Source of the DNA: an uncultured Candidatus Saccharibacteria bacterium
GTDB taxonomy: Bacteria; Patescibacteriota; UBA1384; CAILIB01
Direction of reading: 5' to 3'
NCBI GenBank assembly: GCA_964593885.1
Contig: CAZQKK010000001.1
Location: forward strand, 24,066 to 88,065
DNA: 64,000 bases
The notes beneath the pieces are model-generated. The model saw only the letters and a list, made by a program, of their open reading frames with translations, was not told where the DNA came from and searched no databases. The position numbers and the translations under genes were made by a program. Positions 36,944-43,383 of the stretch are shown here, in pieces; position 1 is the stretch's first letter; each line of letters begins with the position of its first letter.

Positions 36944-37038
36944 TCCTTATGCAGTCATGTAGGGACAGTATTTTTAGTCGGTGCTAAAAGATACGCCTCA
37001 TACCCTCAATTCTCCACAAGCTATGTGTGCGAAGAAAT

Positions 37039-37162
37039 GGGTATTGTGGTGAGATCATATTCATCTTCATACAGCCATGCCAGAGTATATGTAGTTGAAA
37101 ATAGGTATTGTGGGAGAATCATATTCCTCTTCCACACGAGCTATTTTCAACTACATATACTC
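37039..37162. repeat. Non-coding repeat cluster. A ~36-bp direct repeat occurs twice (37039-37074, 37103-37138, about 80% identity). A perfect 22-bp inverted repeat gagtatatgtagttgaaaatag / ctattttcaactacatatactc (37083-37104, 37141-37162) encloses DR copy 2 in a 36-nt loop
   Basis: Read directly from the sequence. Region is AT-rich relative to flanks and lies between tRNA-Arg and the hup terminator. Confidence 0.75.
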
Positions 37163-37175
37163 CATTTATAACAGA

Positions 37176-37201
37176 AAAAGTGCCCGAGTGGACACTTTTT
37201 C
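37176..37201 (-). terminator. Intrinsic terminator downstream of hup (bidirectional hairpin flanked by an A-run and a T-run)
   Basis: aaaaagtgcccgagtggacactttttc; on the minus strand the stem-loop is followed by a U-run. Confidence 0.6.
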
Positions 37202-37217
37202 GTAACCTGAGAGTTGG

Positions 37218-37490
37218 TTACTTTACCAGAGAGCGGAGAGCCTTACCTGCACGGAAGCGCGGGAGACGGAGAGATGGGATCTCAATGTGCTTCTTGGTGT
37301 GTGGGTTAACACCACGGCGTGCTTGGCGAAGTCCGACATCGAAGGCACCGAAACCGGTGATAGTGACCTTCTCGTTCTTTGCCAGTGCATCAGAAACAAG
37401 GTCAACAACTGCGTTAACGCCTGCCGCAGCCTCTGTTTTTGAGAGACCTGTTTTCTTTGCAACCGCAGCGATAAGCTCAACTTTATTCAT
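37218..37490 (-). CDS. hup: DNA-binding protein HU
   Basis: MNKVELIAAVAKKTGLSKTEAAAGVNAVVDLVSDALAKNEKVTITGFGAFDV...RRGVNPHTKKHIEIPS has the canonical HU/IHF family signature and length (90 aa). Confidence 0.9.
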   Translation of the reverse strand: MNKVELIAAVAKKTGLSKTEAAAGVNAVVDLVSDALAKNEKVTITGFGAFDVGLRQARRGVNPHTKKHIEIPSLRLPRFRAGKALRSLVK

Positions 37491-37502
37491 AGGGCTCGTT
37501 GC

Positions 37503-38294
37503 TTAACTGTTGGTAAACCGGCGGATGTGTTCAAGGTGTGTTGCACGCTGCGTAGTGACGTCTACTATGCAGAAAGCGGCTCCTAGCTCACATTGTCCTG
37601 TCCCTAGACTATAGCGCCACGGTAGCCCTGTCAAGAAACTTTTAATGATCGGTTCTTTATCTGCTCCTAGACTGGAATTTCGTGGTCCAACCATCCCAAG
37701 ATCAGATATAAACGCGGTGTTATCACCTTCCAACAGTTGGGCGTCTGCAGTAGGTACATGAGTGTGTGTCCCCACTACTAACTGCACCCTCCCGTTGAGG
37801 TACTCTGCCAGCATTCGCTTCTCACTGGTTGCCTCAGCGTGCACATCAACCAGGACTACATCAGGCTTAGGTGAAATCGCCAAAATCTCGTCCATGGTGT
37901 GGAAAGGGTTGTCTACACTTGGCTGCATGAAGACCCTCCCGAGGATGTTGATGAGCCTCACCCGCTTGCCCTTCACGGTAATATCCAGGAATCGCTTACC
38001 CGGTGCGTTACGGTAGTTTGCAGGGCGAACCAGCATGGTGTCAGGCTTATCGATAATCTCCAGCAAATCCTCTTTATCCCAAATGTGGTCACCCATGCTG
38101 AAGGCATCAATGCCAAGGCCGAGAAGCTGCTTGTAGTGCTCCCTAGAGAGCCCATGGCCGTGGGTGGCATTCTCAGCGTTGGCGATGATGAGATCGGGCT
38201 TGTAGTCGTTCCTGAGGGCAGGGAGCAGCTCTTCAACCGCCTCCCTCCCCGGCCTCCCAACAATATCGCCAATGAAAATGACTCTAAGCTCCAT
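37503..38294 (-). CDS. ymdB: YmdB-family metallophosphoesterase (2',3'-cyclic-nucleotide phosphodiesterase, TIGR00282)
   Basis: MELRVIFIGDIVGRPGREAV...DLIIANAENATHGHGL...DAFSMGDHIWDK...VDVHAEATSEK...VVGTHTHVPTAD matches the YmdB metal-binding motifs. Sits downstream of rny as in Firmicutes (1-nt TAATG overlap). Confidence 0.85.
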   Translation of the reverse strand: MELRVIFIGDIVGRPGREAVEELLPALRNDYKPDLIIANAENATHGHGLSREHYKQLLGLGIDAFSMGDHIWDKEDLLEIIDKPDTMLVRPANYRNAPGKRFLDITVKGKRVRLINILGRVFMQPSVDNPFHTMDEILAISPKPDVVLVDVHAEATSEKRMLAEYLNGRVQLVVGTHTHVPTADAQLLEGDNTAFISDLGMVGPRNSSLGADKEPIIKSFLTGLPWRYSLGTGQCELGAAFCIVDVTTQRATHLEHIRRFTNS

Positions 38295-39778
38295 TAGGCT
38301 GCGGTTGCCTGGTAGCGAGCTTCCCGAATCACGTTAACCTTCACCTGACCTGGGTAGGTGAGCTCTTCCTCAATCTTTGCGGCAATTGTTTTAGCAAGTT
38401 TGGCGGCAGCAAGGTCATCAACCTCACCTGGCCTTACGTACACGCGAACCTCACGTCCAGCTTGGATGGCGTAGGTCTTGTCTACCCCTGGGAAGGAGTT
38501 GGCTGTTTTCTCGAGGTCACGGAGACGCTCAACGTACTCTTCGTAGTTTCCTCGGCGAGCACCTGGACGAGCACCCGAGATGGCGTCTGCAGTTTTCACA
38601 ATCCAGGCCTCAGTAGTCTCGGCGGGAACGTCATCGTGGTGGGCAATAATGGCATGAGCCACATCTTCACCAAGCTTGTACTTGCGGGCGATGTCAGCAG
38701 AAATGTGGTGGTGGGGAGCCTTAATATCGTGGTCGAGTGCTTTTCCAAGGTCATGGAGCAGGCCTGCCATTCTTGCAAGCGGCACGTTAGCACCTAGCTC
38801 TTCGGCAATAAGCCCTGAAATTTTGGATACCTCAATGGAGTGAGCAAGCATGTTCTGACCGTACGAGGTGCGGAACTTGAGCTGTCCAAGAATCCTAATT
38901 ACCTCCTTAGGCAGGCCACTCACCTTAGCTTCAACCACAGCAGCTTCGCCAGCTTTCCTGATGGTGTTGTTCACCTCTTCAGTTGCCTTCTGAACAATCT
39001 CTTCAATACGAGCTGGCTGAATTCGCCCATCTCTAATGAGCTGTTCAAGAGAGACGCGGCCAATTTCACGACGAACAGGATCAAACGAGCTGATCATGAC
39101 GGTATCTGGGCTGTCATCAATGAGGAGGTCTACTCCTGTAGCTTTCTCAAAAGCGATGATGTTCCTACCCTCTTTTCCAATCAGTCTCCCTTTCATCTCT
39201 TCGGTAGGGATGGTGACGGCAAAGACGGTGTTCTCAGCAGTTACATCTGAGGCAATACGGGAGAGAATGGTAGAAAGACGCTTGCGAGCCTCGTTTTCTA
39301 CCTCGGTCTCGGTCATCTCATCCATGGCCTTCATCCGCTTGATGATGTCATCTTTCTGACTCTTCTCTACCAGGTTGAGGAGGGCGGTTTTAGCCTCTTC
39401 CTTGGTCATCTTGGCGATGCGCTCAAGTGAAGATTCCTGCTTCTCCCTAATGTCCCTTACCGCATCCTTAAGTTTGTTGAGCTCTTCGCTCTTCGTCTCG
39501 AGGTCACGACGCTGCTTCTCAAGCTCATCAATGCGCTTCTCAGCCAGTTGCTCTCTATTTTGGATAGACTTCTCGAGGTCCTTCACAAACTTTTGGCGCT
39601 CTTCAGCCTCAGCCAGGAGCTCACTCTTACGCTTCTGGGCTTCCCGCTCAGCTTCTTCAATCATCTTCTTCGCCTGTTTTTCAGCCTGCTCAGACTTCCC
39701 TGACTGTTTTCGTGAGGCTACCGCAAAGCCACCGGCTCCTGCTACGAGAGCAGCCAGAATGGGCAAAATAATCTCCAT
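38294..39778 (-). CDS. rny: Ribonuclease Y
   Basis: N-terminal TM MEIILPILAALVAGAGGFAVA, coiled-coil region, KH domain (GRLIGKEGRNIIAFEKATGVDLLIDDSPDTVMISSFDPVRREIGRVSLEQLI) and HD domain (LLHDLGKALDHDIKAPHHHISADIARKY). SD AAAGGAG sits upstream of the ATG. Confidence 0.9.
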   Translation of the reverse strand: MEIILPILAALVAGAGGFAVASRKQSGKSEQAEKQAKKMIEEAEREAQKRKSELLAEAEERQKFVKDLEKSIQNREQLAEKRIDELEKQRRDLETKSEELNKLKDAVRDIREKQESSLERIAKMTKEEAKTALLNLVEKSQKDDIIKRMKAMDEMTETEVENEARKRLSTILSRIASDVTAENTVFAVTIPTEEMKGRLIGKEGRNIIAFEKATGVDLLIDDSPDTVMISSFDPVRREIGRVSLEQLIRDGRIQPARIEEIVQKATEEVNNTIRKAGEAAVVEAKVSGLPKEVIRILGQLKFRTSYGQNMLAHSIEVSKISGLIAEELGANVPLARMAGLLHDLGKALDHDIKAPHHHISADIARKYKLGEDVAHAIIAHHDDVPAETTEAWIVKTADAISGARPGARRGNYEEYVERLRDLEKTANSFPGVDKTYAIQAGREVRVYVRPGEVDDLAAAKLAKTIAAKIEEELTYPGQVKVNVIREARYQATAA

Positions 39779-39965
39779 AAAGCTCCTTTCGCCACCTCAA
39801 ACCAACCAAAAATGCAACCTATTCTCCTATGAGAGATTGAAACGTGAGGTTGCGGAATAATCTGAAAACATGGTTAGTGAGGGGCAAATTACCGTAATTG
39901 TAGGTGTTTGACAGTCCCCAAAGGGACTTAAGCGCACTATAGCGAAGGAGCTCCCGCTTGGCAAT

Positions 39966-39997
39966 TAAAAAACCCTCAGCCAATTAGGCGATGAGGG
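39966..39997 (-). terminator. Intrinsic terminator with the stop codon of gene 39984..40403 inside the hairpin (CCCTCA...TGAGGG + U6)
   Basis: Plus strand aaaaaaccctcagccaattaggcgatgaggg; on the minus strand the hairpin is followed by TTTTTT. Confidence 0.6.
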
Positions 39998-40403
39998 AGG
40001 GAAGGATTCTCATGAACTCGCCGGGAGTTCCATCAAATAGCGTGACAGCAGTACAGCACATGAAGACGCTCTGGTCTTCTTTGGAGAGATCAGTTGCCCA
40101 GATGATCTGTTTGACACCTGCCCCAAGGGCAATGCCAAGCTCGATGTAGACACCACGTGCTCCGGGACTGTCGTAGCCAAGGAGGATAACGACGTCAGCA
40201 TCCTGGACAGCAGCCTTGAAAGCGTCTGCCCACTCTCGGTTTTCCTCAATGTGCTCAGCATATGGCTTGAGGACAACGTGGACCTGCGTCCAGTCAACCG
40301 TTGGCTCCATGCCCTGCTCTTCGAGGAGCGATACGACGGCCGAGACCATCTCGGCATTGCGGGTTCGACCCGCGACGTAGAACGTTCTTTTAGGTTCAGG
40401 CAT
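39984..40403 (-). CDS. Nucleoside 2-deoxyribosyltransferase-like (flavodoxin-fold, YtoQ/Nuc_deoxyri_tr2-like) protein, 139 aa
   Basis: TFYVAGRTRN...ADVVILLGYDSPGARGVYIELGIALGAGVKQIIW resembles the G..G..E.G.A.A.GK core of this family. Confidence 0.4.
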   Translation of the reverse strand: MPEPKRTFYVAGRTRNAEMVSAVVSLLEEQGMEPTVDWTQVHVVLKPYAEHIEENREWADAFKAAVQDADVVILLGYDSPGARGVYIELGIALGAGVKQIIWATDLSKEDQSVFMCCTAVTLFDGTPGEFMRILPSLIA

Positions 40404-40528
40404 ACTTCATCATCTCGATATCTTAGCAAAATGAGCGGTGTGAGCAAGTTCAGGTTGACCAGAGGTATGAAATCGGGTAGGTTATATGGGTTGAAATAAC
40501 TGTGGAAACACAGCTATTCTCGGGGGCT

Positions 40529-40606
40529 ATCGTGCTTCGCACGATGCGACCCTCGCAAGTCATCAACTCTCGTGGGCTCGATTTGCTTCGCAAATCGCGA
40601 CCCTCG
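40529..40606 (+). repeat. Two copies of a palindromic hairpin motif with a TTC loop (atcgtgcTTCgcacgat; gatttgcTTCgcaaatc), each followed by gcgaccctcg. They lie about 50-125 nt upstream of tRNA-Pro
   Basis: 40529-40555 and 40580-40606. Similar hairpins recur at 42654-42672 and 42967-42981 upstream of other tRNAs. Confidence 0.7.
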
Positions 40607-40653
40607 TCGAAATCCAAAAGCGAAAACTTGTTTTCACTTTTGTCTTTCTCCTC

Positions 40654-40729
40654 GGGGCGTAGCACAGTTGGCTAGTGCGCCTGGTTTGGGACCAGGAGGT
40701 CCGCAGTTCGAGTCTGCGCGCCCCGACCA
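40654..40729 (+). tRNA. tRNA-Pro (anticodon UGG)
   Basis: CGGGGCGTAGCACAGTTGGCTAGTGCGCCTGGTTTGGGACCAGGAGGTCCGCAGTTCGAGTCTGCGCGCCCCGACCA. Acceptor CGGGGCG/CGCCCCG, anticodon loop TTTGGGA, CCA encoded. Closely resembles bacterial proM. Confidence 0.9.
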
Positions 40730-40819
40730 AGAAAGAACCTGCAGTAATGCGGGTTTTTTCTTGTCAAAATATAGTATTGACGGGAAAGGTTCTATGGCTT
40801 ATACCGAACATATACCGAT

Positions 40820-41512
40820 ATGCCAAAACTACCCATCCCTCCCCAAACAATCGAAAAAATACGAAACCTGCGCAAGGAAGGTTACTCGTTGAGGGATATT
40901 GAGCGACTAGTTCCTCATAGCAGATCTACTCTCCACAAATACACCTCAGATATCCTCTTTGTGCAGAATGGTGATTCAAAGAATTCTGCAACTATTGAAC
41001 AATACAACAAGAGAACTAGGCTTCGTGAAGCAAAGCTATTTAAACAAGAAAAGGCTGCAGAAGATCTTTTGCCCGATATTACTAACCAGGAGCTCTTCTA
41101 CCTTGGTCTAGGAATTTATATTGGAGAGGGAACAAAAACACATCACCAAACCAGAATTACAAACTCTGACCCAACAGTGTTACTGATCTGTAAAACCTGG
41201 CTAATCAAGTGTCTTAACGTTCCAGAAGATAACATTCGCATTGCGCTTCATATTTATCCAGACGTATCTGAAAGGGCTTCAATAGACTATTGGTCAAATA
41301 CATTAAACATTTCTCAGTCACAATTCTATAAATGCACGACTGACTTGAGAAATAAGTCAAAAACTGGTAGAAACAACAGGGTACTACAGTACGGAACAGC
41401 TCAGATGTATGTAACCGCCAATGGGAATAAGAATTTTGGCTCAAGGTTACATGACGTTATAATGAGCTACATCGATAGATCAAAATACCTTGCGGGTATG
41501 GTTCAATGGTAG
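40820..41512 (+). CDS. AT-rich ORF (230 aa) with N-terminal HTH and a LAGLIDADG-like motif (LGLGIYIGEG). Putative homing-endonuclease-like mobile gene whose last 21 nt overlap tRNA-Gly
   Basis: N-terminal HTH IEKIRNLRKEGYSLRDIERLVPHSRSTLHKY. Motif ELFYLGLGIYIGEGTK resembles the single LAGLIDADG motif plus the downstream Lys. About 38-40% GC versus about 52% in flanks. The reading frame ends ...KYLAGMVQW-TAG inside tRNA-Gly (41492-41512). Confidence 0.4.
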   Translation: MPKLPIPPQTIEKIRNLRKEGYSLRDIERLVPHSRSTLHKYTSDILFVQNGDSKNSATIEQYNKRTRLREAKLFKQEKAAEDLLPDITNQELFYLGLGIYIGEGTKTHHQTRITNSDPTVLLICKTWLIKCLNVPEDNIRIALHIYPDVSERASIDYWSNTLNISQSQFYKCTTDLRNKSKTGRNNRVLQYGTAQMYVTANGNKNFGSRLHDVIMSYIDRSKYLAGMVQW

Positions 41513-41565
41513 AATTCCTCCCTTCCAAGGAGAAGATGCGGGTTCGATTCCCGCTACCCGCTCCA
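41492..41565 (+). tRNA. tRNA-Gly (anticodon UCC)
   Basis: GCGGGTATGGTTCAATGGTAGAATTCCTCCCTTCCAAGGAGAAGATGCGGGTTCGATTCCCGCTACCCGCTCCA. The 3' half is nearly identical to E. coli glyT. Anticodon loop CTTCCAA. Confidence 0.9.
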
Positions 41566-41582
41566 AGATTTCTCAAGTACAT

Positions 41583-41657
41583 GGAGGCCATGGTGTAGTG
41601 GTAACACAACAGATTGTGGATCTGTTATCACGGGTTCGATACCCGTTGGCCTCCCCA
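41583..41657 (+). tRNA. tRNA-His (anticodon GUG) with encoded G-1 and CCA
   Basis: G-1 pairs with C73. Acceptor GAGGCCA/TGGCCTC, D-stem GTGT/ACAC, anticodon stem ACAGA/TCTGT, loop TTGTGGA, T-loop TTCGATA. Confidence 0.85.
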
Positions 41658-41664
41658 ATAAAAG

Positions 41665-41699
41665 GACAAATTGCCTCGTGTAATTTGTCTTTTTATTTT
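41665..41699 (+). terminator. Intrinsic terminator after tRNA-His (GACAAATT-gcctcgtgt-AATTTGTC followed by a T-run)
   Basis: ggacaaattgcctcgtgtaatttgtctttttatttt. Confidence 0.7.
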
Positions 41700-41760
41700 G
41701 AGCGAAATAATGGGTATTGAACCCGTGAGCTGAGGGATGTATCCCGAAGCTGCATAGTGA

Positions 41761-41780
41761 GATACCCGTTGGCCTCCCCA
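41761..41780 (+). repeat. Exact 20-bp direct repeat of the tRNA-His 3' end (gatacccgttggcctcccca; original copy at 41638-41657). att-like scar
   Basis: Identical 20-mers 123 bp apart, with a terminator and tRNA-fragment-like sequence between them. Confidence 0.8.
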
Positions 41781-41837
41781 AGAATGAACATCACCTAGGT
41801 GGTGTTTTTTCTTTTGCCTGAAGCCTACAATAGAGAC

Positions 41838-42572
41838 ATGCACGCTACCTCAACCGTTTTCTGGCTCTCACTGCTCACCGCAGCCACAACAGCCCTAGGT
41901 GCGCTTCCCCTCATGTTCTGGAAGCAGAGCCGACACGGCTGGCAGAGCTACGGTAACTCGGTTGCAGCTGGGTGCATGCTTGGTGCTAGCGTCCTCCTAG
42001 TTGTCCACGGCCTCGATACTAACGTTCTTGGTGTACTTGCTGGAATTCTCATCGGAGCACTCGCAGTCTGGATCACCCAGGTAATAGTTGAGAAACATAA
42101 GGCTTTCCACCTCAAGGGAATGACGGCAATCACCGCTCGAAAAGCCTTTCTCATTGTGAGCATCATGACCATCCACTCGGCTATGGAAGGGTTGAGCATT
42201 GGTGTTTCCTTTGCCGAGAGCGGGAACTTTGGTCTCATCGTGGTTGCCGCCATGGCACTCCAGAACATACCCGAGGGACTGGCCATCTCGCTGGTTCTCG
42301 TACCTCGAGGAGCAACCATTCTGGCAGCAGCTTTCTGGAGCTTCTTCTCAAGCATCCCTCAGGTACTCTTTGCTGTTCCCGCATTCGCGTTTGTGGAGCG
42401 ATTCCACCCGTTCCTCGCACCAGGCTTAGGATTTGCAGCTGGAGCAATGGCGTGGATGTGCTTCAAAGACCTTATCCCTGAAGCAAGTCAGCACCTTGGT
42501 GGTGAGCGAGTCTGGCTCACCGTGACGCTCACCGGTATCGCAACCTTCCTTCTAGATGCCCTCCTGAACTAA
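41838..42572 (+). CDS. zupT: ZIP-family divalent metal (zinc) transporter, ZupT-like. The ORF track starts at GTG 41799; ATG 41838 is preferred
   Basis: 8 TM helices and the ZIP signature HSAMEGLSIGVSFAESGNFGLIVVAAMALQNIPEGLAISLVL. Confidence 0.8.
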   Translation: MHATSTVFWLSLLTAATTALGALPLMFWKQSRHGWQSYGNSVAAGCMLGASVLLVVHGLDTNVLGVLAGILIGALAVWITQVIVEKHKAFHLKGMTAITARKAFLIVSIMTIHSAMEGLSIGVSFAESGNFGLIVVAAMALQNIPEGLAISLVLVPRGATILAAAFWSFFSSIPQVLFAVPAFAFVERFHPFLAPGLGFAAGAMAWMCFKDLIPEASQHLGGERVWLTVTLTGIATFLLDALLN

Positions 42573-42727
42573 AACCTGGAAAAAAGGGTGGTAATCTGGT
42601 AGTGTACGGCAAGCGAGTTTTTCTGCGCCGTATCGATGCAGTAAAGCAGCGCCGTATCGCTTTCAGCGATACAAGGCACTCGCTCGCATGAAAAGAGAAA
42701 GCCAGCTTTCTCTTTCCCTTCTCGCTC

Positions 42728-42803
42728 GCGCCTGTAGCTCAGTGGATAGAGCATCTGTCTTCGGAACAGAGGGTCGGGGGTTCGATCCCCTCCAGGCGCG
42801 CCA
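42728..42803 (+). tRNA. tRNA-Arg (anticodon UCG)
   Basis: GCGCCTGTAGCTCAGTGGATAGAGCATCTGTCTTCGGAACAGAGGGTCGGGGGTTCGATCCCCTCCAGGCGCGCCA. Anticodon stem TCTGT/ACAGA, loop CTTCGGA (U33, TCG, G37). Confidence 0.75.
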
Positions 42804-42817
42804 AATCACCCAAACAT

Positions 42818-42894
42818 GTCCCGATAGCTCAGTTGGATAGAGCGAGAGCCTTCTAAGCTCTAGGTCGCTGGTTCGATCCCAGCTCGGGACGCCA
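42818..42894 (+). tRNA. tRNA-Arg (anticodon UCU)
   Basis: GTCCCGATAGCTCAGTTGGATAGAGCGAGAGCCTTCTAAGCTCTAGGTCGCTGGTTCGATCCCAGCTCGGGACGCCA. Resembles bacterial argU. Confidence 0.9.
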
Positions 42895-42996
42895 GTATTC
42901 AGGTTACACCTGGTTGCCTACTGATAATTTTTCTGGTACTATTTTTCCGTTACTTCGCAGGTCTCAGTCGCTTTCGGCGACAGTGACTCTCGCTTC

Positions 42997-43071
42997 GGGT
43001 CTATAGCTCAATGGTAGAGCAGTGCCCTCTTAAGGCATTGGTTCTGGGTTCGAGTCCCAGTGGGCCCACCA
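42997..43071 (+). tRNA. tRNA-Lys (anticodon CUU)
   Basis: GGGTCTATAGCTCAATGGTAGAGCAGTGCCCTCTTAAGGCATTGGTTCTGGGTTCGAGTCCCAGTGGGCCCACCA. Anticodon loop CTCTTAA. Confidence 0.85.
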
Positions 43072-43086
43072 AAATATTCAACAACC

Positions 43087-43164
43087 AGGCGCGGTCGTCT
43101 AGTTGGTCCAGGACATCAGATTCTCATTCTGAAGATCACGGGTTCGAATCCCGTCCGCGCTACC
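43087..43164 (+). tRNA. tRNA-Glu (anticodon CUC)
   Basis: GGCGCGGTCGTCTAGTTGGTCCAGGACATCAGATTCTCATTCTGAAGATCACGGGTTCGAATCCCGTCCGCGCTACCA. Glu-type D-arm (GTCTAG..CCAGGAC), anticodon loop TTCTCAT. The 5' boundary is +/-1 nt. Confidence 0.8.
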
Positions 43165-43172
43165 AAAAAGAG

Positions 43173-43204
43173 AAACTCTATCGCAAGATAGGGTTTTTCT
43201 TTTT
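43173..43204 (+). terminator. Intrinsic terminator after tRNA-Glu (CTCTATC-gcaa-GATAGGG followed by a T-run)
   Basis: aaactctatcgcaagatagggtttttcttttt. Confidence 0.7.
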
Positions 43205-43216
43205 GTATTGAGATTA

Positions 43217-43349
43217 AACGGGATTCGTTCGTGCTTCTGGCGTAAGTAAGCGAAGCGCTACAGACCAGAAAGCGATGCGAAGCATGTACCTACAAGGAAA
43301 TGTCACATGCTGGGAGCATGTGATTAGAACGAATCCCGTCCGCACTCCA
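43217..43349 (+). repeat. Structured ~130-nt non-coding segment. An inverted copy (43217-43229) and a direct near-copy (43328-43349, 19/21 identical) of the tRNA-Glu 3' end form a 13-bp long-range helix. It encloses internal hairpins including TCACATGC-tggga-GCATGTGA
   Basis: acgggattcgttc is the rc of gaacgaatcccgt. cgaatcccgtccgc is identical to tRNA-Glu positions 43144-43157. Confidence 0.7.
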
Positions 43350-43383
43350 AGGTGAAAGAGCGCAAGTTTGGTACCATACATGT

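Noticed and set aside
36881-37506. Plus-strand ORFs 36881..37171 and 37108..37506
   Set aside because: They span the hairpin- and repeat-rich non-coding island and run antisense to hup. Composition and overlap with the perfect inverted repeats argue against coding.
43205-43383. tmRNA candidate (smpB is present, and the segment ends with a tRNA-like ...CCGTCCGCACTCCA)
   Set aside because: There is no 5' GGGG acceptor partner, no tag-peptide reading frame (ANDE...AA-stop) and no T-arm-local pairing. The tRNA-like 3' part pairs with a distant inverted copy instead. Kept only as an unknown structured element.
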